A DNA stretch of 64,000 nucleotides from an uncultured Desulfobacteraceae bacterium (GTDB lineage Bacteria; Desulfobacterota; DSM-4660; Desulfatiglandales; HGW-15), in contig CAZFMX010000004.1 of assembly GCA_964520425.1 (NCBI GenBank), forward strand, positions 7,526-71,525, given 5' to 3'. The notes under the pieces are model-generated. The model saw nothing but the letters and a program-made list of their open reading frames with translations, made no database searches and had not been told where the DNA came from. Below, one piece after another: positions 26,770-36,071 of the stretch. The stretch's first letter is position 1, and every line of letters starts with the position of its first letter. Both the position numbers and the translations under genes were made by a program.

Positions 26770-27789
26770 TTGACCGAGGCCATAGATTATTCAACCGCGA
26801 TTGGCATGACGTCCACCATCCCGGTCGAGATCGTCCTTGCAGCGGGATACACACCCATAGACCTCAACAACACCTTTGTCACTTCAGATGAATCAGAAAA
26901 ACTCCTTGGCCGGGCGGAATCCGCGGGTTTTGCCCATAACATCTGCGCGTGGATCAAAGGTATCTATTCTGCCGTCATGCATCATGGTGTGAAGAGGGTG
27001 ATCGCCGTCACCGGAGGGGACTGCAGCAATACCTTGGCCCTGGCGGAAGTTCTCAGCCGAAGGGGGATCGAGATCATTCCCTTTGATTACCCCCTGAAAC
27101 GAGACAGAGCATCCCTCATGGAACAGATGGAGAAGCTGAGGGAGACGCTCTCAGCCGCCTGGCCTGATATCTGTGATACAAAAAGACGTTTGGACAGTAT
27201 CCGCAAAAAGCTGACAGATCTGGACAGACTCACATTCCATGATAACGTGGTTAGCGGTTTTGAAAATCACCTTTTTCTGGTGAGTAGTTCGGATTTCAAT
27301 TCTGATCCCGACCTCTATGAGAGAGAGCTTGATGAGTTTCTCGAGAAAGCCAGAACCAGGGAACCGAAGAAGGAAAAGGTCAGACTAGGATACCTGGGTG
27401 TTCCTCCCATCTTCAGCGACCTCTTTGACCGTGTGGAGTCACTTGGCGGCAGGGTAGTCTTTAACGAGATCCAGAGGCAGTTCAGTATGCCATACGGTTG
27501 CGAGGATTTGACAGAGCAATATCTTAAGTACACCTATCCGTATGATATGCAGGGAAGAATAGAGGATATTCAGAGGGCTGTCGAGGAGAGGCGGTTGGAC
27601 GGACTCATTCATTACACCCAGACGTTTTGTTTTAGACAGATCTACGATATTATCCTGAGGGAAACCCTTTCCATTCCCATTCTTACTATAGAGGGGGACA
27701 GACCCGGTCCCCTGGACAGCCGCACGGCCCTACGTATTGAGACCTTCATTGACATGTTGGTCTCCAGTATCGTGTCTCAAAAGAACTAG
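26770..27789 (+). CDS. 2-hydroxyacyl-CoA dehydratase / BcrC-HgdB family protein
   Basis: Family-like sequence: TSTIPVEIVLAAGYTPIDLN, VTGGDCSN, HYTQTFCFRQ. No partner subunit or activator ATPase is adjacent. Confidence 0.6.
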   Translation: MTEAIDYSTAIGMTSTIPVEIVLAAGYTPIDLNNTFVTSDESEKLLGRAESAGFAHNICAWIKGIYSAVMHHGVKRVIAVTGGDCSNTLALAEVLSRRGIEIIPFDYPLKRDRASLMEQMEKLRETLSAAWPDICDTKRRLDSIRKKLTDLDRLTFHDNVVSGFENHLFLVSSSDFNSDPDLYERELDEFLEKARTREPKKEKVRLGYLGVPPIFSDLFDRVESLGGRVVFNEIQRQFSMPYGCEDLTEQYLKYTYPYDMQGRIEDIQRAVEERRLDGLIHYTQTFCFRQIYDIILRETLSIPILTIEGDRPGPLDSRTALRIETFIDMLVSSIVSQKN

Positions 27790-28118
27790 TCTATACTTTA
27801 GCAAAGATGAAGACTCAGTTTCTCAGATCTAACAAGATCCCAATCTGGAATCATAGACCTATCCTAACCACCAAAAGGGAGGGCATAATTATTTCCTGGA
27901 ATTTTGCACCTGAATCATAATATCCCTAATAAGGGCAAAAAGCGTCAATATCAACATATGTGCATATCTTTATATGATATTTATAGTGTTGATATGATGG
28001 GAGATAACGATGTTCTTGAATTTTCTACTTCTTTCTTGTAAAATAAGAAAATAAGTAATTTCTTGGGAAAAAGGATCAAAACCCTAATAAAATATGTTAT
28101 GAGAAATACAAATTTACT

Positions 28119-28430
28119 ATGGAAAACACATCTGGCCAAGGTAAGCAGGCAATAATACCAGAAGAGATTAAAGGATGGAGTTGGGGAGCATTTTTGTTAG
28201 GTTGGCTGTGGGGATTATTTAATGATACCTATATTGCTCTTCTTACCCTAATACCTTTTGCTGGATTTATAATGGCTATTATTTTAGGTGTAAAAGGTAA
28301 CGAGTGGGCATGGCGCAATAAGCACTGGGAAAATATTGAGCATTTCAAGCGAGCTCAAAATAAATGGGCAATTGGAGGATGGTTTATTTACGGAATCTTA
28401 ATTCTTGGAATTATTTGTCTCTTTCTGTAA
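28119..28430 (+). CDS. Small membrane protein (DUF2628-like, tentative)
   Basis: It is 103 aa with three hydrophobic segments and lies in the AT-rich islet. Confidence 0.5.
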   Translation: MENTSGQGKQAIIPEEIKGWSWGAFLLGWLWGLFNDTYIALLTLIPFAGFIMAIILGVKGNEWAWRNKHWENIEHFKRAQNKWAIGGWFIYGILILGIICLFL

Positions 28431-28550
28431 AAAGGCCAAATAAAACTCATAACAACTGGCTCAACAAAGGACTTGCTGTAAACGCTTGCGCGTTTCCATC
28501 AAGCCTGTTAGCCAGACGTTGTGAAAATAGAAGGAGTAAATCATTAAGGT

Positions 28551-28808
28551 ATGGCAAAACTTGGAACAGAAAAGAGACCTGTGGTTGTAAGAGTTCAAAA
28601 CCAAAAACGAGCTGAAGAAATAGCTTCCATATTTTCTGAACATAACTGGAAATATATAATGGGGATTGAACCGGACAAACCAGAAGACATTTCCGATCTT
28701 GAAAGGCTTCTTGATCCACCAGCTCCAATCAAGGCAGGAAATAAAATAGGCAGAAACGATCCATGTCCCTGTGGCAGTGGTAAAAAATATAAAAAATGCT
28801 GCGGATAG
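28551..28808 (+). CDS. SEC-C motif metal-binding small protein
   Basis: It has the C-terminal motif [17 protein letters not shown]. Confidence 0.7.
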   Translation: MAKLGTEKRPVVVRVQNQKRAEEIASIFSEHNWKYIMGIEPDKPEDISDLERLLDPPAPIKAGNKIGRNDPCPCGSGKKYKKCCG

Positions 28809-28975
28809 CCTTTAAATAAAGAATTTTCACAACAGTGCAGTCAAGAGCGACCGGGCTATTTTTTCGCCTTTTTTAATGGACTGGTGGTAAGCAACCTTTC
28901 TAGCTATCAAGGAGTGTGCTGACTTGCACCGCCCGGCCACTTACTGCTGGCGATAGATCTCAGGATCGGATTACA

Positions 28976-29317
28976 ATGGATAGGAAAAAAGTAGCTTCTA
29001 CCCTTGAGAGATGTTGGTCAATACACACGAGTTCGAAATGGGAGCAAGACAATCCTGCAAAAGGGCAGTGCCCAGTTACAGCTTTGGTAATTCAGGATAG
29101 CTTTGGTGGCCGACTTCTCAGAACAAGGATCGATGGTCAATGGCACTTCTATAATGAAGTTGATGGAGTCATAAGCGATTTTACGGACAGTCAATTTGCG
29201 GAACCTATAGAATATGAGAATCAACCGGCGAGCCGTAAAGAGGCATTTGCGGAGACTAACCAAGAACAGTACACTCATCTAAGCCGGAAATTTTCAGCCG
29301 CCTGGACAGGCGATTGA
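28976..29317 (+). CDS. Hypothetical protein (YunG-like, tentative)
   Basis: The WSxxTSSKW..DNPAKGQCPVTALVIQDxFGG pattern resembles YunG. ATG 28976 is preferred over the ORF-track start at 28916. Confidence 0.45.
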   Translation: MDRKKVASTLERCWSIHTSSKWEQDNPAKGQCPVTALVIQDSFGGRLLRTRIDGQWHFYNEVDGVISDFTDSQFAEPIEYENQPASRKEAFAETNQEQYTHLSRKFSAAWTGD

Positions 29318-29361
29318 GAGTTCGGTCGTAGAGGAGGTTCTAATGAAAAGAGAGAATAAAG

Positions 29362-29589
29362 ATGAAAACAAGAGTGCACAAATGGACAATCATCGCTGTT
29401 ACCTACATCATAATGCTGGTATCTGGTTGTGCATGGTCTATTGGCGATAAGGGACATGAATGCCCAACACAACCTATTCAACCCACCCTGGGGCAAGAAC
29501 TAATAGACCTTAAGATGGCGAAGGATCAAGGCGTCATCACCGACGAGGAATATCAGGATAAGAAAAGGAAGCTAATGGAGAATCAGTAG
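29362..29589 (+). CDS. Small lipoprotein with SHOCT-like C-terminus
   Basis: It has a signal/lipobox (LVSGC) and LIDLKMAKDQGVITDEEYQDKKRKL. Confidence 0.55.
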   Translation: MKTRVHKWTIIAVTYIIMLVSGCAWSIGDKGHECPTQPIQPTLGQELIDLKMAKDQGVITDEEYQDKKRKLMENQ

Positions 29590-29720
29590 TCTCTATACCG
29601 ATAAAAATGGAGAAGTCCGTAAAGACGAAAATGACTCATGGAAGGAGGGAATAGCGAAGCTGTTGAAAGGATTGTTTTTAACAGTTTTATCCATTTTTAG
29701 TGGAGGTGTGTGAGTTACGG

Positions 29721-31328
29721 CTAGTATTCATTGAGTTGTTCTTTGACCTGACGAAGTAGTTCTATAGGCAGGTCAGACTTAAGGCATTTCTTGAGTTCAT
29801 ATTCGGCGGCATGAGTATTTCCCTGTTTTTTATAGATTTGGGCCCTAAGAAAGCTGGCCTTTCCATAACGAGAATTCAACTCGGATGCCTTCTGTGCATA
29901 ACGCAGAGCCTCCTCATAGCGGGACATTGAAAAACAGACTTCACCTATGGCACAGAAAATATCGGGAAATGAAATGCCCTCACGAATAATCGATTCCCCC
30001 TGCTCTAGGGCTTCTTGAAATTTGCCTTGCTCCTTGAGGACTACAAAGAGGTTTATGCGGGCATTCATATACTTGGGATTTATACTGACTGCCTTTCTGA
30101 ATTCCTCGACCGCCTCTTCTGCTCGATTGAGTTTTATCAGAATGCTGCCAAGGGTATTGTACAAGTCAGGGTATTGGGGGTTTTCATCTATACAGTCTTT
30201 GACAACGGGAATGAGCATTTCACAAAGAGATGTATCCTTATCTGAGAGATGCTCTATAATGAGATGGATATCTGAAAAATCAGGGTTAATTTTGATGTCT
30301 CTGAAGAAATGCTCAATCGTCTCCCCAATGGTTTCGTCCTTACCGAACAATTGGCCTATGGCCTTTGAAAGCGCATCCCCGGAGGATAAAGGAGCATTAA
30401 TCATCTCCTTTACGATATCAACTGCCGTCTGAAGACTCTTACTCTCGGGGTCCAGCCTACTCGCTGCCTCAAACTCTTCTAGACCCTCGCTTAAGTTTCC
30501 CATCTGGCAAAGAAGCACACCGAGCTTTATTCTTGCATCCAGATATGAAGGATTGATTTGAAGAGCTCTTCTGAGCGAATCAACGGCCGCATCCAAATCG
30601 TCAAGTCTGGAATAGACTATCGCAGAAAAATAGTGCATATCCGCATAGGCGGGAAACCTTTTGATTACCGTGTTTAACTGCTCCAAGGCCTCGTCAAAAT
30701 GACTCAAATAGGCCTCTGTAATAGCCAGTTTTTTTTGTGCCTCGATATACTCAGGATTGATTCTCAGTGCTTCACGAAACGCTTTACTGGCTTCGGAAGG
30801 TTTCCCCTGCCCAAGAAACGTAAGCCCTAGTCTAAAATAGACATCCGCGAAGTTCGGGTTTTCAAGGAGAATATCCTCAAAGATTTTCGCGGCCTTTTCC
30901 CACATGCCCAAATTATGAAGAGCAACACCTAATTTCAGTTTGGTTGGAAGATGGGAAGAGTCAATCTCGAGGATATTATTGAACACTTCGACGGCGCCTG
31001 CAAAGTCACCGAGGTTATTAAGACAGACTCCGATCAGGGTAGACAGTTCCACATGCTCCGGATTGTACTTAAGGGCTGCTCGAAACTCTTCCAAAGCGTC
31101 TGAATAATTTCCAGTTGCGAAGAGGAGGACTCCCAGGTTGCGATGAGCCTGTCCACAGTATACACGAGCCAGGTTGTGGTGAACGCTGCCCGGAGAGGGT
31201 TTCTTCTTGAGGGTATCCTCAAAGAGTTCAATAGCCTCTGAATACATGTGGCTGTTGTAGAGTTCCATGGCCTTACTGTAACTGTCTTCACTGGCAAATG
31301 ACATGAGACGTTTGACGAATTTCATCAT
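29721..31328 (-). CDS. TPR-repeat protein
   Basis: It has many 34-aa TPR units (A..Y...G.......A...F..AL..NP). Its start overlaps the stop of the upstream sugar-transferase gene by 4 nt. Confidence 0.85.
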   Translation of the reverse strand: MMKFVKRLMSFASEDSYSKAMELYNSHMYSEAIELFEDTLKKKPSPGSVHHNLARVYCGQAHRNLGVLLFATGNYSDALEEFRAALKYNPEHVELSTLIGVCLNNLGDFAGAVEVFNNILEIDSSHLPTKLKLGVALHNLGMWEKAAKIFEDILLENPNFADVYFRLGLTFLGQGKPSEASKAFREALRINPEYIEAQKKLAITEAYLSHFDEALEQLNTVIKRFPAYADMHYFSAIVYSRLDDLDAAVDSLRRALQINPSYLDARIKLGVLLCQMGNLSEGLEEFEAASRLDPESKSLQTAVDIVKEMINAPLSSGDALSKAIGQLFGKDETIGETIEHFFRDIKINPDFSDIHLIIEHLSDKDTSLCEMLIPVVKDCIDENPQYPDLYNTLGSILIKLNRAEEAVEEFRKAVSINPKYMNARINLFVVLKEQGKFQEALEQGESIIREGISFPDIFCAIGEVCFSMSRYEEALRYAQKASELNSRYGKASFLRAQIYKKQGNTHAAEYELKKCLKSDLPIELLRQVKEQLNEY

Positions 31329-32764
31329 TGTGCTCCTCTAGAAGAAAGGACAGCGGAAATGGTCATTATGAGGATTTTCAAATCAAGGATTAATGACCAG
31401 TTGTCAATATACTGCATATCGAGTTTCATCCATTCATTGAACTTGAGTTCACTCCTGCCGCTGACTTGCCAAAAACAGGTTATACCGGGGACTACGGAGA
31501 GTCGTTTACGCTCCCATCTCTGATACTGCAATACCTCTTTGAATATGGGAGGGCGAGGCCCCACGAGACTCATGTCGCCTTTCAGAACATTGAGAAGCTG
31601 TGGAAGCTCATCCAGACTCATTCTCCTCAGGATCTTGCCGATTCGGGTAATGCGAGGGTCGTCCTTCATCTTAAAGGCAGGACCGTCCACTTCATTCAGA
31701 GACACTAGACTTTCCAGTCTGTCTTCAGCGTCATGAACCATGGATCGGAATTTATACATGATGAAACGCCGGCCATTCTTACCGATCCTTTCCTGACGGA
31801 AAAGCGCCGGCCCTTGTGAATCCTTTTTTATGAGAACCGGGATAATCACCCATAGAGGAAGACTCAGAAGAATGAAAAAAGCCGATACGAGGAAATCAAT
31901 AAGACGTTTCAATAAGGCTTGTCTCGGGGAACGGCGTATGGATCTGATCAAAAAAAAGTGATTATCATCGATAGTCTCTTTTATATGTCCCCCGAGTATG
32001 TTTCTTATTTCGGGTGAGATAAAAGCAAAGTCAAGTCCCATTGTATCACAATGGCGGGCAAGCCGATGGATTTGGTCCGCTTCCCAAGATCCATCAGCCA
32101 GAAGGGCAATATCCACAATATGCTTTTCAAGGATCGAATCCAGCTCTTTGACTCTACCAAGAATCGGAAGACCATGAACCGTCCCTTCATGTGCCGAGTC
32201 GTTGTCCACCAAGATTCCAATAGCCTTAACCCATCGACTATTCGGAACCTCTCCGGTCTTGAAAACCTTATCGTTTGTTCCGATGATCAGGACATGCTTT
32301 ATGAATTCACTTGGGTTTCGGTTACGCCCGGAAAAAAATTGGCATAATCTGCCAAAGGCCAAGAAGATCCATAGGATGACGAAGAATGTAATCAGAAAGC
32401 AGGTTATATTTTCTGAATACCCGTATAAAAAGGTAAAAACAGACGTGATCATCCACGAAAAGAGACAGGATATTCCGGTTCGGAGGATGATTGCCTTTAC
32501 CCCTTGAAAACCAGCAGGACGCAGGCTTCCAAAGAGATTTAAAAAGAGAAGGGAACAGATCAATAGGAATGGCAGGAGAAGGATATAGTCATTCCACGCG
32601 GAGGAGAGGTCATGACTCAGGGAGGGCCCCATCGTATTCTGGATCGACAGTAGATCCATGATGGACAAAGAAAGGGGTGCGCTAATGAGATAGGCAAAAA
32701 GCACGGACAGGAGATCAAAGATGAGAAAGACTTGAAAAAGATATTTTTCCTGTTCTTTAAGCAT
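31325..32764 (-). CDS. Polyprenyl-phosphate glycosyl-1-phosphate transferase (WbaP/EpsB-type priming sugar transferase)
   Basis: It has an N-terminal TM block and a C-terminal bacterial sugar transferase domain ([20 protein letters not shown]...[27 protein letters not shown]...[21 protein letters not shown]). Confidence 0.85.
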   Translation of the reverse strand: MLKEQEKYLFQVFLIFDLLSVLFAYLISAPLSLSIMDLLSIQNTMGPSLSHDLSSAWNDYILLLPFLLICSLLFLNLFGSLRPAGFQGVKAIILRTGISCLFSWMITSVFTFLYGYSENITCFLITFFVILWIFLAFGRLCQFFSGRNRNPSEFIKHVLIIGTNDKVFKTGEVPNSRWVKAIGILVDNDSAHEGTVHGLPILGRVKELDSILEKHIVDIALLADGSWEADQIHRLARHCDTMGLDFAFISPEIRNILGGHIKETIDDNHFFLIRSIRRSPRQALLKRLIDFLVSAFFILLSLPLWVIIPVLIKKDSQGPALFRQERIGKNGRRFIMYKFRSMVHDAEDRLESLVSLNEVDGPAFKMKDDPRITRIGKILRRMSLDELPQLLNVLKGDMSLVGPRPPIFKEVLQYQRWERKRLSVVPGITCFWQVSGRSELKFNEWMKLDMQYIDNWSLILDLKILIMTISAVLSSRGAQ

Positions 32765-32794
32765 GGAACTCCCATCTAACTAGTGCCCATCCAT

Positions 32795-32963
32795 AAACGG
32801 CCTTTTTGGCCAATCTTCCGCCGTCGCTACAGCTATGGCGGGACAGGCTGCGTCACCCTTTAGATTGTAATCCTCGAAATACTCTATTGTATTGATGCCC
32901 GTCCCGATGTCAATCGGGAGGGTTTCAATCTTCGCCTTCCTTGACCTTGACCAAAAATTCTCG
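32795..32963. repeat. Family-B structured element, copy B1 (just upstream of the sugar-transferase start)
   Basis: It is homologous to 35733-35866. The outer stem is 32863-32874/32919-32930, enclosing hairpins at 32878-32893 and 32903-32918, followed by CTTCGCCTTCCTTGACCTTGACC. Confidence 0.7.
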
Positions 32964-33045
32964 TTTCTGGATTGGCACTGACTAAGTTACGTGGAATTTA
33001 CCAGTCTGAGGTTCTTTTAGCCTATCCGATATTTGGGTGATACCG

Positions 33046-34128
33046 TCAAACAGCTTCCTTCACGAGACGAAAACCAATGAAATCACTCTTTGATTGAGGC
33101 GACCAGTATAACCTTGCTGCTGATCGACAGTTCTTTGCGTTGGCAAACCATGACCCACCACGTATCACGCGGCCGGGCCCTGGCCATGACATAAGAGGGT
33201 CTATGCTCTTTTCAGAAGAATAAGGCCTAAACCAGTCCTGACACCATTCAAAGACGTTGCCGTGCATGTCATACAGGCCCCACTCATTGGCATTCTTTAA
33301 GGCCACGGGATGCGTTCGGCGATTCGCGTTTCCACAGTACCAGCCTACAGCATCAAGACTAAGGTCGTGGCCGCAGAAAAGCTCCATGATCATTCCTTCG
33401 GGAGAAGACTCCATAGAACCTGCACGGCAGGCATATTCCCACTCAGCCTCCGTAGGGAGACGATAAACGGCTTGAGTCGTGCGGTTAAGGGTTTTGATGA
33501 AGTCCAGACAGTCATGCCATGTGACATTTTCCACAGGACATTCATCGCCTCCTTCAGTGATGAACTTCGAAGGGTTGGTTCCCATTACAGATTTCCATTG
33601 GGTTTGCGTAACAGGTGTTTTTTGCATATAGAAACCCTTGGTTAAGGTGACTTCATGCAGCACTTCTCCATTGTCTCGTCCCACTTCATATTCGGCGCTG
33701 CCCATGAGAAACGCACCGGGATGAATAGAGACAAAGGCATTTTCAAATAGAGATGCCGAATCCTCTGAACGTGCTTCTTCAAAGGCCGGTTCTTCTCTCG
33801 CTTCTATGGTCGAAATGGAATCCGGTGAATCTTCGACTTCCGATTTTGAGACCTTTATAATATCAGGTGGCAAAGGCTCTGTGACGGGCGAATCAGCCGG
33901 AATGATGTTTGCCTCGAAAGGAAAAGGTTCTACCTCTTCCTGCTCTGAGACCTTTAAAATCCCAGGTGGCGAAGGCTCTCTGACGGGTGAATCAGCCGGT
34001 ATGGTGCTTACCTCAACAGGAGCAGGTTCAGCCTCTTCCGTGGTCTGAACGGATTTCAGGTCCATTTCCCTTAATGCCGAAAAGACCGGAGACTGCCTTT
34101 TTTTGCCCTTTCTCAATATTCGGATCAT
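33046..34128 (-). CDS. Formylglycine-generating-enzyme (SUMF1/EgtB/PvdO) family domain protein with repeated Pro/Glu-rich N-terminal linker
   Basis: C-terminal FGE-sulfatase motifs: FLMGS...HEVTLTKGFYMQKTPVTQTQW..., YRLPTEAEWEYACRAG, GLYDMHGNVFEWCQDW, RGGSW. Confidence 0.8.
   Translation of the reverse strand: MIRILRKGKKRQSPVFSALREMDLKSVQTTEEAEPAPVEVSTIPADSPVREPSPPGILKVSEQEEVEPFPFEANIIPADSPVTEPLPPDIIKVSKSEVEDSPDSISTIEAREEPAFEEARSEDSASLFENAFVSIHPGAFLMGSAEYEVGRDNGEVLHEVTLTKGFYMQKTPVTQTQWKSVMGTNPSKFITEGGDECPVENVTWHDCLDFIKTLNRTTQAVYRLPTEAEWEYACRAGSMESSPEGMIMELFCGHDLSLDAVGWYCGNANRRTHPVALKNANEWGLYDMHGNVFEWCQDWFRPYSSEKSIDPLMSWPGPGRVIRGGSWFANAKNCRSAARLYWSPQSKSDFIGFRLVKEAV
33848..34045 (-). repeat. 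2 x 99-nt tandem repeat inside the FGE-domain gene (33-aa units)
   Basis: The units start at 33848 and 33947 and encode ...IPADSPV(R/T)EP(S/L)PP(G/D)I(L/I)KVS.... Confidence 0.75.
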
Positions 34129-34143
34129 AAATTTGCTTTCACT

Positions 34144-35664
34144 CTATGGCCTGTCATATACTGACTTAGGTTCGATATTCTTTTCACTCCCACCCGCAGA
34201 AAGATCCTCGGTTTTGATATCGGGCACAACAGGTTCGTTATTCTCCGAGGTTGCGTCGTTATCCTGGTCGATTATCGGCAGCCTCAAGACCTGACCCGCC
34301 CAAACTACATCTTGGTCCGTGATCTCCGGATTGGCCTTAAGGATGATTTTCATGGCCGAATAACGGTTCCTTCCATAATACCGGTCTGCCAATCTCAAAA
34401 TATGCTCTCCGTATTCTACGACAATCTCTTGATATTTCGTTTCCTCCTTCACTTCTTCGGAATCAAGTGATGAGGATATCTCAGAAACAGATTCTTCTTT
34501 TGGGATGTCTTTTCGAGTTTTAGAGGAAGAGTCTACATCAGCAATCTTTGGAGAATGCCCCGATTCCTTGAGAGTGTCCTCCTCACTTTCCATGGATCGC
34601 GGCTCGATTTCTTCAATGACTTTCGTTTCCATTTCCATTGGCCCAGGTTCTGGCAGAAGAGCATTAGATGGAGTTTTAGTCTCGACGGGAGATGGAGGTT
34701 CTGTTTGGGCGGTCTTTTCCGTGAAGAATTTGAAATACATCTTAATGCCCATATAGTTCAAAATAACGATACATGTAATGATGACAAATATAGATACGAG
34801 AGGATTCAAAAACTTTATAGATCTATATGTTTGGGCTTTTGAAGCCTTTGGCGTAAGAAGGATATCGCTTCGTAGCGTTTCGTATGCTTTATTCAGGATT
34901 TTCTTGTTGATCCTGGCCCGTCCTTCGGTTTTGCAGACCAAAAGGGCGTTATCGCAAACTAGGTTAATGAGGCGGGGGACTCCGTTTGTCAGGCTATAAA
35001 TCAAGCCTTTGCAACTTGGTTCGAAAATGAGATCAAAGCTGGATCTCACAACCTTTAGCCTAAAGTCGATGTATCGGATAGTTTCCGAAGGATCCAGAGG
35101 GGATAAAAACCGGCTGATATTGATGCGTTGACGAAGCTGGCGCATTTCAGGGCGCTCCAACTTGTGACTCAGCTCATATTGGCCGACTAACAGAATTTGA
35201 AGGAGTTTCTGAGAGGTCTCAATATTGGAAAGCAATCGTATATGTTCGAGATTCTCATCAGACAACAGATGCGCTTCATCTATGATGAGAACATGTTTTT
35301 GTCCCTGGGCCCTTGTTTTCACCAAAACTTCTTTGATTTCACCCGCGAGCGCTAAAGAGCCTTTTGAATGATCCTCTATGCCGAGATACCCTGCAACGAA
35401 GAGCAGGATTTCGTGATACTCGAATTGGGGATTCGATATCATCATCGGAATCACGGATGAAGGCAGCTTCTCAAGAAAGCTGTGTACGAGCATGGTTTTC
35501 CCGGTTCCGACATCACCGCAGAGGAGTGCAAAAGTCTTGTCTTCTTGAATAAAATAGAAAAGGGCTGAAAGGACTTCTTCATGATCTTGACTAAGGAAAA
35601 GGAAACGCTGATCCAGATTGTTTTCAAAAGGTGAATCCGAAAAGCCGAAGTGGGCGTTAAGCAT
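34144..35664 (-). CDS. ExeA/GspA/MshM-type AAA ATPase with TM segment and C-terminal LysM-like domain
   Basis: It has FGFSDSPFENNLDQRFLFLSQDHEE..., Walker A GDVGTGKT and Walker B LIIDEAH. The C-terminus IVVEYGEHILRLADRYYG...GQVLRLP is LysM-like. Confidence 0.8.
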   Translation of the reverse strand: MLNAHFGFSDSPFENNLDQRFLFLSQDHEEVLSALFYFIQEDKTFALLCGDVGTGKTMLVHSFLEKLPSSVIPMMISNPQFEYHEILLFVAGYLGIEDHSKGSLALAGEIKEVLVKTRAQGQKHVLIIDEAHLLSDENLEHIRLLSNIETSQKLLQILLVGQYELSHKLERPEMRQLRQRINISRFLSPLDPSETIRYIDFRLKVVRSSFDLIFEPSCKGLIYSLTNGVPRLINLVCDNALLVCKTEGRARINKKILNKAYETLRSDILLTPKASKAQTYRSIKFLNPLVSIFVIITCIVILNYMGIKMYFKFFTEKTAQTEPPSPVETKTPSNALLPEPGPMEMETKVIEEIEPRSMESEEDTLKESGHSPKIADVDSSSKTRKDIPKEESVSEISSSLDSEEVKEETKYQEIVVEYGEHILRLADRYYGRNRYSAMKIILKANPEITDQDVVWAGQVLRLPIIDQDNDATSENNEPVVPDIKTEDLSAGGSEKNIEPKSVYDRP

Positions 35665-35732
35665 TTACGGGGCAACCTTTCTTGGAATGATCTAAGGAGA
35701 TAATAGAGAATGGATTCTATGAGACCTTTGAA

Positions 35733-35866
35733 AAACGCCCCTTTTGCCCAATCTCGGCGTTAGGCTCAAATTCTAATCCTCGAAATACTACGAGTATTCC
35801 TGGCTATCCCGATGAAAATCGGGAGGGTTAGAATTCTCGCCTTCCTTGACCTTGAACAAAATCGAG
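35733..35866. repeat. Family-B structured element, copy B2 (upstream of the ExeA-like gene start)
   Basis: The outer stem is 35769-35780/35824-35835, enclosing hairpins at 35784-35798 and 35808-35823. The stems covary with B1. Confidence 0.7.
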
Positions 35867-36071
35867 CACTTTTCAAGGGTCTCTCTACCCTGAAGTGTTT
35901 CCGCGCTTTATACGGCTTAGGCGGACCTATTCTCCAGATTAACACCAATGCAAGCTCATAGGCCGGGAAACACCACAGGTTTCCAAAAATACCTAATAAA
36001 CACGAATCCCACGGGATACAGCGGGATTCGTGTTCACTAGGTTCGTCGTGTGCAAAACAAGAATCTCTATA

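Noticed and set aside
35950-35970. A minus-strand sigma-54-like motif (GGCCTA-N-TTGCA) upstream of family-B copy B2
   Set aside because: The spacing between GG and GC is 11 nt instead of 10, and the -24 element is poor.
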